A stretch of 64,000 nucleotides of DNA from Glaucostegus cemiculus (Eukaryota): NCBI GenBank assembly GCA_976551045.1, contig CDPCPM010000012.1, forward strand, positions 6,758,001 to 6,822,000. Direction: 5' to 3'. Position numbers and translations under genes: made by a program. Below the pieces are notes generated by a model that saw only the letters and a program-made list of their open reading frames with translations, was not told the DNA's origin and ran no database searches. Shown piece after piece: positions 1 through 13,519 of the stretch. Each line of letters begins with the position of its first letter. The stretch's first letter is position 1.

Positions 1-2424
1 TCCAGGTTCTGTTTATGGAGTTTCTGTAATGATTTTATGTATTGATATACCAGTGAAAATTAACTTAAAAAATGATTTCATCCAAATTAATGATAAAATT
101 GTTTCATTACGAAAACTAAGGTAAAGGTTGTAAACCCTATTAATACTGTGTTATTTATAGCTCATTTAAGTGAAAAAATAATCCCATGAATATTTTTATT
201 AAAACCATTGGCAGATATGCTGAGAAACAGATTTATAAAATCACTTATCGCAAATGCTTTTAACAGAATTAATTTAACAGTACCCAGAGTGTCAGAATCC
301 TGTTTTGAATTCTTCTTCGTTAAGTTTTATTTTCTTGAGGCTAGATGGAAATTTGCAAAAGGCCAAGTGTGGATCTGGAAGCAAAATTCCAGGAAATCCC
401 AGTTTTTATTCTTGAGTGGGAATAGAGCTTTTGTACAGTTTCACCATGAAGAGGTGACCCTAAAGCAAAAGAAAATCGGGAGAAGTGCAACGGTTCTGTG
501 CTTGTGTTTTCTGTTGATTTGCTTAAAAAATGTAGGCAGCAAGCATAAGAGGACCGGTTTAACTAGTCAGATTGTAATTATAGTCTCCTTCCCAGAACAC
601 ACTGCAGAAAAGTGTAGGGGCAAAACAGCCCAGTTAGATTGTTACATGAGCCAAGGTGAAGATTTTCAAAAAGTGCATAAGATTCAAAACTTCAAGTTAA
701 ATCTTCAGCTCTTGTACATGATAGATTTGTCCTTTTAATTTGATTGATTAGAAAATATGAAACAGGAATACTACAATTCTTCCAAGGCCAATAGTATTAA
801 ACCCAACACTGTTTTCTAATCTTGGCTACGTTTGGTGGATGTTTGGCATCGAGCCAGGATCCACTTTGGAAGCACTGGTCATCACTGCAAATTAGCTGTC
901 ATAACAAAGTTTTTGTTTGGAGGTTATGGAAGGAAGCCACTGCATGTTCCGCAGAGCAATTGCAGAATCATCTTGAGTGTGATAAATATCCCAGGTGCTT
1001 AACATGTGCTAGTTGACATTAGTAGTATTGTACTATTTTCAAATTTTCTACCTTGTCATTAGCTCAGATAAAATGGATTACCAAACATTAGTTGATTAAA
1101 CCAAGTACTGAAAGTGGATATATTAAGCAAGGCTGTTAGTTGATTATTAAAATATTGTTATTGTACCCTCTAAAGTAAGATAATGATTAGACGCATCAGA
1201 GTGAGCCAGAAACTTGAGAAGGAATTAAATATGTGAGGACAGCAACATTACCACAGTGTCCACAGTAACAGGGATTGCAACAGCAGACAAAGTGGAACTG
1301 GAGAAAGAGAAATGTTCAGAGTAAGTAAAGACAAGAACTAGCCATTTGGCCTTGACAGAGTCTGGTTCACTCTCAGAAGAGACATCACCTTTGGCATCTG
1401 TCACATTCTGAATGCTGGTCTGTAATCACTAGCTTCGACTTCATTACCTGCAGATGCGTGAAGGTAACTACAGCTATGAGTTTCTATATTGCAGCTTGCT
1501 TCCAATTGTGAGAGAGTGATAACTTTGCCAATTCAGTCAACAGTCCAGTGGTTTATTCCACAGGTTGGCTTTAAGCTTAGCCAAGATCTAGGGGACAATG
1601 GCCTACTCTATGAGAACATTAAAGACAAGAGAATGCAAACCAGCTCATTGCAACCCATTTTAGTGGTACAGCATCAAAATGCATTTTAAAATGCATATTG
1701 GTTCAATTCCCAATAGTGAATTGTTTAATATATTCATGACAAAGTCCTTCAGCCTAAATATTTAGGCTTTCTTGGTCTCCATTAATTTTTGTAGCCAATA
1801 ATCACTAATAGTTTTCACCTACAGCCATACAGTGGTAATTTACTTGCAGGTCCCAGGCCATATAAAGATCCCCATGTGCCCCATCAGAGTGGCGCATTCA
1901 TCTGAGATACTGAGATGCCCAGACTGCAGGGATGCTCTGGCTCGATGATGGCTATAGATTCAAATATATTAGACACTCCTTTTCAATTCACTAATACCTG
2001 CAGATTATTGTTACATTGACACAAAACCTTGAGATTAATTATTTGGATGAAGCAATGTCCCTTGCATTTAGTAATATAAATGCCCGCTAGTTAACAATCA
2101 GACCAGTATCTGGGTTCTGAACAGCTAAGCTTGAGGAAAAATATTTGCCTAGAAACTCTGATTGGTAGCATGAAACATGATATTTGAGAGCCTTATCACC
2201 TTGTACACTACCTCCAAAATTCATTCCATTGATGGGTACAATGTAGATTCATAGAACTGAAGTTGGGAATGAGTTTCAAAGCATTTCAAATGTGTCATGT
2301 ATTGAATGCAGATTTGTAACTGTCCTTCATTTCTAACAACAACATTACATCCAGATGAGGAAAGGTTATTTATATAGTGAATTATTAAGATATGGACTGC
2401 ATTGGCTAATAGTGGAAACAAGTT

Positions 2425-2575
2425 TCATCAGAACTTTTCAAAGAGTTTAAGAAATAGTTAAAAAGGAAACAATTGCGGGGCTATTGAGGAAGGAGCAGAA
2501 GAGGGTGGCTCATTGAAAGGAGCTAGCCCAAGCACTCGAGGCCAAGTGGAAACTTTCTGTGCTGTATGATTCCAT
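2425..2575 (+). mobile_element. Degenerate CR1/HER1-type LINE 3' end
   Basis: Typical tail ...ggccaagtgg...ttctgtgctgtatgattc. Similar to the tails at 15100-15245 and 56960-57090. Confidence 0.5.
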
Positions 2576-3689
2576 ACATCAGGTGAGTGTGTATGACTTA
2601 TTCAACCATACAAAAGATCATGGGTGAGAAATTTGTCTTTCATCGTTGTCTGGGTATCAGCCTGTTCACATTTAGCTCCAGTGAACCAATGGCTGATACT
2701 CGTGCTACATTTAGTGCTGATGAGCAAGGGTGAATTTCTCTCTCCATGTAACTAATACATATCATAGACACACATGATAATTCCAGTAATCCTGCACCAG
2801 AATGGGTGCTATGATATTGACTAGTATGATACACACTGGCATAGTCCATGGATAATTCATTTAAAATAGCTCCAGAATTCAACAGCAAGCTCCAGCCAAT
2901 TGGAAGTTTTTACTTACTTACTTACATGCTTGCCTCAGAAATTGAATACCTTCCTTTACCTAAATTAGTTCTGAAGTTAACATTCGTGTGAGCATTGAAC
3001 ATAACAGTCAATAAACAATTAATCTAGTGAAAATAAATGGAAATGTGCTATTGTCATATTAGCAGCAATTGTAAACTAAGTTATGTTTCAATTGCTGTTG
3101 CTGGCAGTAGATCTAATACTTCAATTGTGAATCTAACAATTGAAATTATTCAAAGTTTTGAATCAACTATTAGTTTATATACCTTCAGTGCAGTAATACT
3201 TCCCTTAGCCATTCAAAGTCTTTTGAGTTTCTTAAGAGACCTTCTGATGTCCTGTTAACAGACTGAAGATCTAAACTGTACATTTGGAAAAAAAACAACA
3301 GCTCTGATTTTTTTGTACAATCTGGGTGTTGCACTTTGATGGGATGGATGTGCCTGGGTTGGTTGTGTTGGGCCAACCATTGCAAACTTACTATAAAAGA
3401 CTGACTGCTTCATTTGTCATACACTCTATGCATGGAAAATTTGCACAGAATCAAGCCTATAAACTGACAGGTTGCCAGTAGTAAAGTCTGGAAAATGCAG
3501 AGTATTTTAATGGCTGGTGCTTGCCCTTAAAGCAAGATGTATGGAAATTTACCTACTCAGAAAGAAAGACGAACGGACTGATTTCCCACACAGCAGAACC
3601 ATTTGATTTTTCATCATATTGAAATCAAATATATGCAGTGTGAATCAGGTATACAGGGTTTAGAAAAATCAATCCTTTCAAAAAGAACC

Positions 3690-4035
3690 GTTCCTGACCT
3701 CAGGACATCTCAAAGCACTTTAGATCCAATGAGGTACTTTAAAGAATAGTCACTGTTGCAGTGTAGGATATGTGATAGTCAGGTAAGCCAAATGTGACAG
3801 ACATAGCAAGTTCCCACAAACTGCAATGAGATACATTAGGTGTTTCATTTTAAACATTAGCCAGGATAATGGTGATACTTACCTCTTCCATATTTTAACT
3901 TCTTGTTTACTTTACTGTCACATCTTCAGTATAGCACTGAACCAAGTCACGATTATAAGCTCAAGCCACTAGAGTGGTCTTCTGAATGCACAATGTTTTA
4001 TAGCAGAGGCATAATTAAACCCATGAGGTCAAGAA
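3690..4035 (-). mobile_element. DeuSINE (SacSINE1/AmnSINE1-like) relic
   Basis: caggacatctcaaagcacttt...agtcactgttgcagtgtagga...agcaagttcccacaaactgcaatgagata resembles the reverse complement of the Deu core as recalled. Confidence 0.55.
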
Positions 4036-4139
4036 TGGTTCTGGGGCACCCTATCATGTTTTGAATATCGTATAGCTTTCCATAGGTGCACAGTCCAGGA
4101 AGTAAACCCTGGTCTTAGTAACATTTTCATTTTATTTGC

Positions 4140-5425
4140 TTCAGCAGGAGGAATGGCAGGAGTTAGCAACACAGCCCCTCAGACCTGCATCATCATTCAG
4201 CATTATGGCTGATTAGATTGTTAGCCTGCCCTTCTTCATCCCATCTAATCTCCATGACCTTTAGGAACATAAGAATAAGGTGCAGGAGAAGGACATATGG
4301 CCCTCAGAACTTGCTCCACCATTCAGCAAAATCACATCTGATCTTCTGTCTTAATGCCATTTTCCTGCCTCATCCACAAATCCCTCGCTAGATTTCTGGA
4401 TACCAGGAGGATCAATCTCTGTTTTAAATGAACTCAGTGACTGAATCTCCACAACTCTCCAGGTTAGAGAATTCCAAAGATTCCCCACTCTCTGCGAGAA
4501 GAAATGTCTCCTCATCTCCGTCTATGTGACCTGCCCCTTATTCTGAGTCTGTGACCCCTGCTGCTGCATTCCTCAGTCAGGAGAAGTGTCCTTCCTGCTT
4601 TCAGCCTATGGGGCCCTGTTAGAGTTTTGTAAGTTTCACTGAGATCTCCTCTCATTCTTCTAAACTCTGAAGAATGCAGACCCAGTCAACCCAATCCTTC
4701 TCATACAACAAACCTTCCATCCCAGGAACCAGTCTTCTCTGCACTCCCTCTATGGCATATCCTTTAATAGGTAAGCAGTCCAAGACTGCACACGCTGCTA
4801 CAAGTGCAGTCTCAGAAAGGCCCTATAAAATTGCAGTAAGACATCCCTACTCCTTTAAGCAAATCATCTTGTAATAAAAGTCAACGTACCATTTGACTTC
4901 CTAATTTGCTATATCAGCATTTTAGCTTTCAGTGACGTGTATAAGGGAATATAGGGCCCTTTAAACATCAATATTGCCCAATATCTCGTCATATAAAACA
5001 TCTCTGTATTTCCATTTTGTGCACCAAAGTGGACAACTTCACATTGATCCACCTTATATCTCATCTGCCATGTTGTTGTCCACTCATTCAGTTTATCTTG
5101 AAGCCTCTTTACATCATCCAATCTATTCACAATCCTACCAAGTTTTGCATTATCAGCAAACTTGGAAATATGACATTTAGTTCCCCTTAGCTTAATCAAC
5201 GATTAACTGGCACCCAAGCACTGATCCCTGTGCTATCCTCATTTTCCCAACCTGCCAACTTGAAGAAGATCCATTTCCACTCTTTGCTTTTTGTTGGAGA
5301 ACTAATTCTCGATCCGCATCAGTATATTACTCCTAACTCCCAGTGCTCTAACCTTATTGACCAACATCAAGTGTGGAACTTATCAAACCCCTTTTAAAAA
5401 TCTAAATATGCTACATTCATTGTTT
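4140..5425 (-). mobile_element. 5'-truncated, degenerate CR1-clade LINE (RT fragment and 3' tail)
   Basis: ORF 4909-5199 gives ISKFADNAKLG...RLQDKLNEW...WQM...CEVVHFG, the CR1 RT FADD region. 3' tail near 4263 and a second tail fragment at 4140-4260. Confidence 0.9.
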
Positions 5426-7769
5426 CCTTTACCCCATCTGATGCACTGATAAGTTACATGTTGAGTCAAGAATGCTATTAGTTACATTTATGATCTTGTC
5501 TACTTGCACTGATGTGAGCCTAACCTTGTTTGCACAAGTTGTGTCTTTCCTGTGATGCATTGCTGTAGTCTGTGGATACTCAACAGGAGATGGTGCCATG
5601 AAGTCCATGATTAGTATTCATTTTGGGGAAAAAAGGAAAATGTAGTCTCAATAAGCAAATGCAATTGTATAGGGGCAGTATATTTGATGCATATATAGTG
5701 CCAAGGAAGTGGAAACAATTTTGGTTTTGAGGCTGAAAATATTGTTTGATATTTAATGCTATATTTTGCGTACAATGGCCTGATCAATGTGCATTTGAGA
5801 TGAATGAAAATAATTAGAGATATGCAGCTTAACATCAGTGATCCTTTGCCCTTTTTCAGCAATCAATTCTATGCAATTCTGAGATGCTTTGCTCATCTGT
5901 TTTCAAGCTGGTAGTCCCCTTTCACGTCGATAAGAGTCTAGTGACTGAATGTAATCTTGCTCTTTGCAATTTTAACTCATAACTGTTTCTGTGCAGTGCA
6001 TTGTGGACACCATCTCACTAGTGCCAGGATGCTAAGTTTTGTCAATTAGCAATAGGATCCAAAGAGGGCAGACTATCTGTCCCCACCTGATCTACCCAAT
6101 CTCCCAGCAAAGTGTCGGTGTTCCTGTGAGCTGAGGATCCAGGATCAGCAACCTTTTCCTCAACTTATTTATTTTACCAGCTACAAAGCAATGTTTGATT
6201 TAATTGAGTAATTTACAATCAACATTAAAATTAGTATGTGGAAATGGCAATACATTCACAGCTCAGTGTAAGTTTGTGCAGTTCAAGTAGTTTTGCCACT
6301 AGAAGTGTTTTAACATGTATACACAGAATGATTTGCCCCATCAATAAACTTTACACAGGCAACAAAAGTACATAAGGAAGAATGCCAAACTATTAGTGGC
6401 ACTGACAAATAAAAGTTATCTAATGTTGAATACAGTAGAGCTACTACCATTCAGTTTTGCCATCAACATGGTATTTAAAACTACAATTATATAATCTTAA
6501 GTCATTCTCTGCCAAAGCCAATATTCCTGAATTGCAGCTGACCCAGTTTCCCAGATGATACTTGGGGTAGCCTTGGGAAATTCCTCGATTTACAAAGATT
6601 CAGCTAATGGATTTTTGCAATGATGAACTTGTCTTCTCCCCACAGAGGAATGCAATGTACTAAAATCCCCATTAATGCAGTTTGTTCTGTCTCTCTGAGT
6701 AACAACATTTCATTTAATGAAAGGAACGTGTTTGCGGAAAACACTCTGGAAATTGAGGAATGGGTTTTGGACCACTATCCCATCATCCACCCCGGTTGAT
6801 TTGGAAGAAACCAGAACTTACTGAGTTCACATTGGAGTGCTTTTTCTTGAAGTGCCATCTGGAGATTTAAGAGTGCATTTCACAGATTAAATAAAAAATT
6901 CAAATAATAACTAAACCACTCTTTTAATGGAGAATAAAGGCTGCAGATCTCCAGTTTAAAGACTGTATGTGATCATAAGTTTCCATTTTGTGAAACTGAT
7001 ATCCAGTGTCACAGATGGCCTTGGATATCAGTTTAACTGAATTCTTACCATGGAGATATTTCGGAAGAAATCAAAAAGCAATTCCATATAAACGGTTGTG
7101 AAGGTTACTGCACTGAAAGGCTCCAAAATGGTTGATTAATCGCTAAAGGTATAATGGTCCAAGTTTTCCAGTGATGTTTTCCACATACTGTGGGAATGAT
7201 CCAAAGTCAGCAAATTCCATGGCAGGAGTCTTTAAGAATGCATAGTTCTGGCCAATCACGGGATATTCCCTTTTCATGCCCCTGTGAGCGTCCCCACACC
7301 ATCCGCCATCCGTCATCAATATAGTTTGAACAATAACTTAACTATCAGTCCTTGGCATACAATTTCTTTTACCCTTTTCTCTGGCTGCTAATATATTGGG
7401 AAATGCATTAGTTGCAGATTTTTGTTTTGTTTCTATTTTCCCCAAGCACTTCTTTCTTCAACAAAAATAAAATATCAGATTTTTTTTTTACCTATACACC
7501 AGAGGTCAGATTATTCAGTAGATGGAGGCCACAGGCAGAAGTTGTGGCCACAGCAGCTGGTAATTGGCAGCATTTTGTGTTGAAGCGAGATAATTCAGTG
7601 GACCTGGGCTCTGATCTTGAACTTTACAGTTTATTTTTTCAGTTACCTGTACAGCTGAAGAGAAGCAGGCCTGTCTCAGGTAGAGCCAAGGCAGACTGCG
7701 ATCCCTGGCTCAGTGTGCGAAGAATGGAACCTCCTTCCCTTTTAAGCATGCCTGTGACTTCAGTTTGCA

Positions 7770-9275
7770 ACATGTAACACAATTCCTCTCCCCCATCAGG
7801 AAGGTCTGAGGGTCCTCTGCTTCTTTCTGGAACATTGATCCGTCCAGTCCTGCTCCACCAAACCACTCATCCACCTGACACAATTTGTTCTTATCCTGCA
7901 CAACTTCTCTTTTGATTCCTTTCATTTTCTACAAATTAAAGGTGTAGCCACCGGCACTTGAACTTGCCCTAGAAATCCCTGTCTTTTTGTTAGCTGCGTG
8001 GAAGAGTTCTTGTCCCAAACCTTCTCTGGCATCCGTCCCCAACTCTATCCATGCTACATCAACAACTGCACCGGTGCTGCCTCCTGCACGAGTGCGGAAC
8101 TCAACAATTTTATCACCTTTGTTACCAACTTCCACCTTGCCCTCAGATTCACTTGGGCCACTTCTGACACCTTTCTCCCTTTTCTGGATCTCTCTGTCTC
8201 CATCTCAGGAGATAAGCTATCCACTGACATTTACCATTAACCTGCAGCAACCTCGACTACACCATCTCCAGTTGACCTCTTGCAAAGGTGCCATGATGCC
8301 ATCTCTTTCTCCCAGTTTCTCCTCCTTCATCACCTCCGCTCTCAGGATGAGGCCTTCAGTTCCAGGCCATCACAAATGTCCTCCTTTTTCATGAAAAGTG
8401 GCTTTCCCTCTACTCTGCTTGATGTGGCCTTCTCTCACAATTCCTCCATTTCCTGTACTTCTGCTATCACCCCTCTCCCCACGGACAGAACAGAGACAGA
8501 GTTCCCAGTCCTCACCTTTGACCCTATTAGCCTCCACATCCAGCACATCATCCTCTGTCATTTCCGCCAGCTACAACAGTATCTCACCATCAGTCGTATC
8601 TTCCCCCTCCTACCCCTCTCTGCTCTCCACAGGCACCACTCTCTGTGACTCCCTGGGTCGCTCATTCCTCCCTCGATGGGGCCTCCTCTACATTGGCGAC
8701 ACTAAACCAGGTGACCATCTTGAGCTCCCAGTTGTATGCTATTTCAACTCCCCTTCCAATTTCCAAAGCCACCTGTATGTCCTTGGCCTTCTCCAGTGCT
8801 AGGGTGAAGCCAAACACAAACTAGAAGAATAAAACCTCATGTTCCCCTGGGTATTCTACAACCCAAAGACATGAGCATTGAATTTTCCTGTTTCAGGTAA
8901 CCAGCACCCCCGTGTATCTTTTTCCCTCTCTTTCTGATTCACCCAGGCTCTCTCAGCAACCTCCCCCCATCCCACCAAGTACCCTGCTTTGTAACCCCCT
9001 CCCCCACCAGTTTCATCTGCCTATCACCCACACACTTAATCTAATGGGTCTCTGATCCCCTCCCCCAACTGGTTCCATCTGCCCATCATCCCTCTCCTCA
9101 CCTGGTTCCACCAATCATCTACCGGTCCCTGCCTCATCCCTCCCTCTCACCTCTTTATGTTGGCAACCTTCCCTCTACACTCTCAATGCAGATGCAAGGT
9201 CTTGAGCTTAAGCATTCCCCTGTATTCATCGATATGCCTAACCCACTGAGTTCCTCCAGCAGTTTGTTTTTTGCC
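7770..9275 (+). mobile_element. Degenerate Penelope-like retroelement (RT C-terminus and GIY-YIG remnant)
   Basis: Frameshifted peptides YINNC...LNNFITFVTNFH..LRFTW..SD..LPFLDLSVSISGDKLSTDIYH, then CHDAISFSQFL, GLLYIGDTK and LYVLGLLQC. C-rich 3' region ends in actgagttcctccagc. Confidence 0.85.
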
Positions 9276-12200
9276 ACACAGTTCCTCTCAGCTGTCAGAC
9301 TTTAAAAAATTTACTTTCATACATCTGGCAAAATCTTTTGTTCCTTCTTCATTTCGGCTTCCTGTTGTCTGTCAGTTGAAGTCTGGGCACTTACTGCTTG
9401 TAACAATGGATGGTGGTTTAGTGATTACATGACTTGGTTGAAAGATTGTACGAAAAGGTTAGTGTACCCACTTCCAACACTGGCTGTGGGCCGCCATCAA
9501 TTCCAAAAACCTGAGATGGGTTTTTGTTCTGGTCCCATTTCCAGCAATGAAAGCTGCCAATTGCTGAATTTCCAGAAAATATTTTCTGGCAAGAACACTA
9601 TCTCCTCAACAGTCTAAACCTGGTTCCTTTGAAACAAATGCTCTGGGATGGTTCCATATGGGGCTTCTCCAGTCTTGCCAAGAGCATTACTTGTACATAA
9701 GAGCAATGTTGCATAGCGCTCCTTGGCACTTGACAAGTCCCAAAGAAGCCATCTCCAAAGGTAAATCCACTGGTGGCAGGTCAGATGCGTGCTTCTTAGA
9801 AGCTGAGGAATTTCCTGTGGGTTTCTCTGACTCTGTGAAAGTTTACATTTTCAAATATATGAGGCACAACTGCTCCCTGAGGCGCACTGTGTGCAAGATG
9901 GTGAGTAGAGTCAACATTTTGCATTTTCCCTGTTAAGAGTTTATTTAAGCTGGACTAAAGTTACAGATTGTATTTAACCAGGAGAAAAGAACAAAACTAA
10001 AAGCCTCATCTGGCCAACCCCTGTATATATTTTACACAGTTTGACAGCACAAAGCGCCAATGACTCTGGTTTATCGTTCGTTGGATGATATTATCTGTGT
10101 GAATGTGAAATGGATTTAGTTTTAATTGGATGAGCTTCCCCTTCATCCACTGCACTGTCCCTCTCTCCAAATCTTGCAGTTTATATGAATGAGCACTCAG
10201 ATAATGTTGGAATCATTTCCTCAGACCTTGATTTCACTGCATTAATTGCTGAGGCAGCTGGTAATGGATCTACTACTACCATTGATATTATCCTTGCAAC
10301 CATGTCATCAGGTTTTCTGAATCAGTAAGAATAGTCAGTAGTTAGAACTAAGAAATTCAATCTTGTGTGAATGTTATATTAGAATATTCATCCTTCATAT
10401 TAGATAGTATGAAGTAGTCAATAAGATACAGAGGAACTGTCTCTCCAATTTTTTGGAAATGTTCATTTAAAACCAATGAACTTACTCCTGATGTCTGCAA
10501 TGAATCATTAAGGAGGAATCATGGATACTGCCAATGTTTGCCTTTGTTCTTTAGTTTCCTCAGTATAACTGTTCGTTCTTTCAAAATAATTCATGTGGAG
10601 GATGCAATAAGACTTTAAGAACTGAGTTACCAGGACCCATTTGGACCGAAGTTTTCTGGCCCGGTTTCTCTATGGCTGTCATCCACGGTCCTCCCACACA
10701 TTTTTTGGATTCCACAGGCCTGCCACATTAAAAAAAAACTGTTAAAGTTGAAGTCAATAAAAATTGATTAATTAAAATGTCTAAAAATAAGTGAAGTTCA
10801 GCAAAATCATTTTAGAAACTAACCTTCCTTCTCCTTTGCCTCTCCATTCTTTGCCCTCCGCTCCCCAATAAAATCACTTGTCTCTCAGATAGTGTGCCAG
10901 GAAATCTCAGCAATACAGGGCTATGCTCTTTTATCCCTGTGGCAGAGCAAACTGACGGATTTGACACTCCAAATCTGTTAGCAAGTCCTGGATTTCTGCA
11001 TTTGCATTGTGTGTGCGCCAGTCCAGGACTTAATGAGAACCAACTATTCCAGCTGGATCCACCAGCAAGATATGGCCCACTTAATGCTATAGTCATCTGT
11101 AAATTAGTCATCTGCTCTTCGTGATATTAGCAGTTTTGTTACTTGGCTCCCATAACAAGATAAATGTACACCTTGTGAGGTGCAGGGCTATACATCAGAA
11201 GGCCTCCAGCCACTAAGAATAGTTAGAATTAACCAATCTTATTGAACAACCAGATGACACTCGCTATGTAAACTTAGAATTGAAGAACAATATTTAGGCA
11301 AAGTCCTTGAAGGTTAAAATCAAAGCCCAGCAAGTACCAACACATAAGAGCAAGGGAGTGGAAAGATAATAAAAAATAGCTTTTGCACGTAACCACAACT
11401 TGCAGAGTACAAGCTCATTCATGATTGTAAGACATCAGAAGTACCAATGGTGATTGGTAATTTATGTGCATGTGACAGGTCATTTTGCTCTACTGTTAAA
11501 ACTAAATGGACTGTGCAAGATCTTTAAGTTCAAACCCTGTGCTTTAGCCAAAGTTATTAAAGGTGTCACTTTTGACTTAGTTCAGAAATGCAGAATCAAC
11601 AGGCATTCCAAATTCAAACTGATATTCAATAAACCCAGTAAGAAGATTGCAGATCCTCAAGGATGTTGGATGAAGGCACAAGTGAACTCAGTTCTGCTGT
11701 TGCCTGACTCAAAGAACAAAACTGTTCTAACCAGTGATCTGCCCACTGAGAGAAGTAATGGAAGCCCTGAGAAAGTTTTAGCCAGGAAAAGAGTTGATGC
11801 AATCACATTGTGATAAAAACAGAATTGCTGTAATGATGCTGACTAGGAACAGTTGTGAAATTACTGAAATTCACACCCACTAAATAAAGAGATGATGCCA
11901 TTCAAAGAATTGTCCTTACTTACAAGTGCAAAATGACTAATGCAGGTGGCAGGGAAAAAATGAGGGATGTCGTGGGAGTGCTGCTATTAGAATAGATTAC
12001 ATGATGAAACAATGCAACACGCTCTTAAAGTGGCTGGTGTTATAAAGAGTGTTGCCCAACACTTTGCTAACTTTGTATGTGTAATGAGACCTCAAGGTAT
12101 ATGGGTGGTCCCAAGATCCCAGCACATTTTCTTTTGTCCTATGCTTTTCTGGGATGGCGATTTACTCACAAAACTCCACAACCTATGTTACACCCAAATA

Positions 12201-13519
12201 TGCAGGGAATCACCATGATAAATGCTGGAAATTGTATTTCCAGCCACTGGAACACTCAGAGCAGTGATAGAAGAGTCTGCTTAAATTGGAGACCATTGCA
12301 CAATGAAATGAATCCAGTGAAAGTCACGGAGTTTTAGAATGAGGCATCATAATGTGCATTGCTCAAAGTGAAGTGATATTTAATGAGTAAGGGAAAAAAG
12401 AGGTATTTGCACTCTGTTTAAAGATCAGTAGAGATGAATTTTTTAGTGGTGGATAAAAAGCAAAGGCAGGGAAGGGAAAATTAAAAAAATTGACCATAAA
12501 ATTATGGCAGATTTGTATTTGTCATTATCTTTGCAAGTCCCTAGCTGCTGTCATCACTATGATAATAGCTCAGGCTACTCTGTTGCTATAATAGCCCCCA
12601 ACTCTTTTCCGGTGACATTGCACAGGACCTTAATAGTGGGGTCAGTAGCCACTGGGTCAATAATGGGTAAGTAGCTCTGTAGCATGTACATCCAAAATTT
12701 TTATTACTTTGTTTTGTAGTACTTATGGCTCATAATCTTAATACTCTGCTCTTGCTCTGCTTTTCATTCTAAATGTAAAGGTATACCTAGCAGGGGACTT
12801 TTTCGGCCACTCATCACATTTTTGTTCTAAGGATGTGGTTTGCTAGAGCAGCAGTAACCCCACCACATACAATAGTTGTTTCAAAATCCCACCATACTAC
12901 AGACTGGCTTAGTGGCAGAGGGTGAAGTTTTACTCCAGGGGCCCGATTAGTGTTTGTGCATGTGTGTACGCATTTAGTCAGTTGCAGGGTTCTACCAAGC
13001 TTCAGTCTTGAGAGAGCAACACTTCCACTAACAACCCCGACCCATACCCTTGCCTCTGCTTAACCCCACTTAAGATTTAACAACTATTTCAGAGGTTTCT
13101 CTCATTTAACATTAAATTCAAGAAAGAACAAGCTTGCTTTGACAACAGTATGTCCTTTACAGCGCTAACATAAGTTTTATACGGTCAACTAAATGCATTG
13201 GAAAGGCCAATTAATAAAGCTGAATTTTATTTTACCTTATTTATTTAATTCTCTATGGAAAATATTAGCATACTCACAGAACAAAATAAACAGCAAACTA
13301 GTAAGATACATGGAAATATATATTTAAGATATGCAAATAGGGGAAACTATCTGAGCAATTTATCAAATTTCTCACTATTATTCAACAAAGCTGTTGACCT
13401 GGTCCTTAAGAACCACATTGCATTGCTGTATAATTCCAAAAGTTTTAATATGATAACTACTCTGATATTGAATGAACCTTTAATTGTGGGTGTGAAAAAG
13501 TGAGTAATTTCTGAAGTGT

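Noticed and set aside
208-738. 176-aa ORF on the plus strand
   Set aside because: TTG start, no recognisable domain, and composition typical of AT-rich non-coding DNA.
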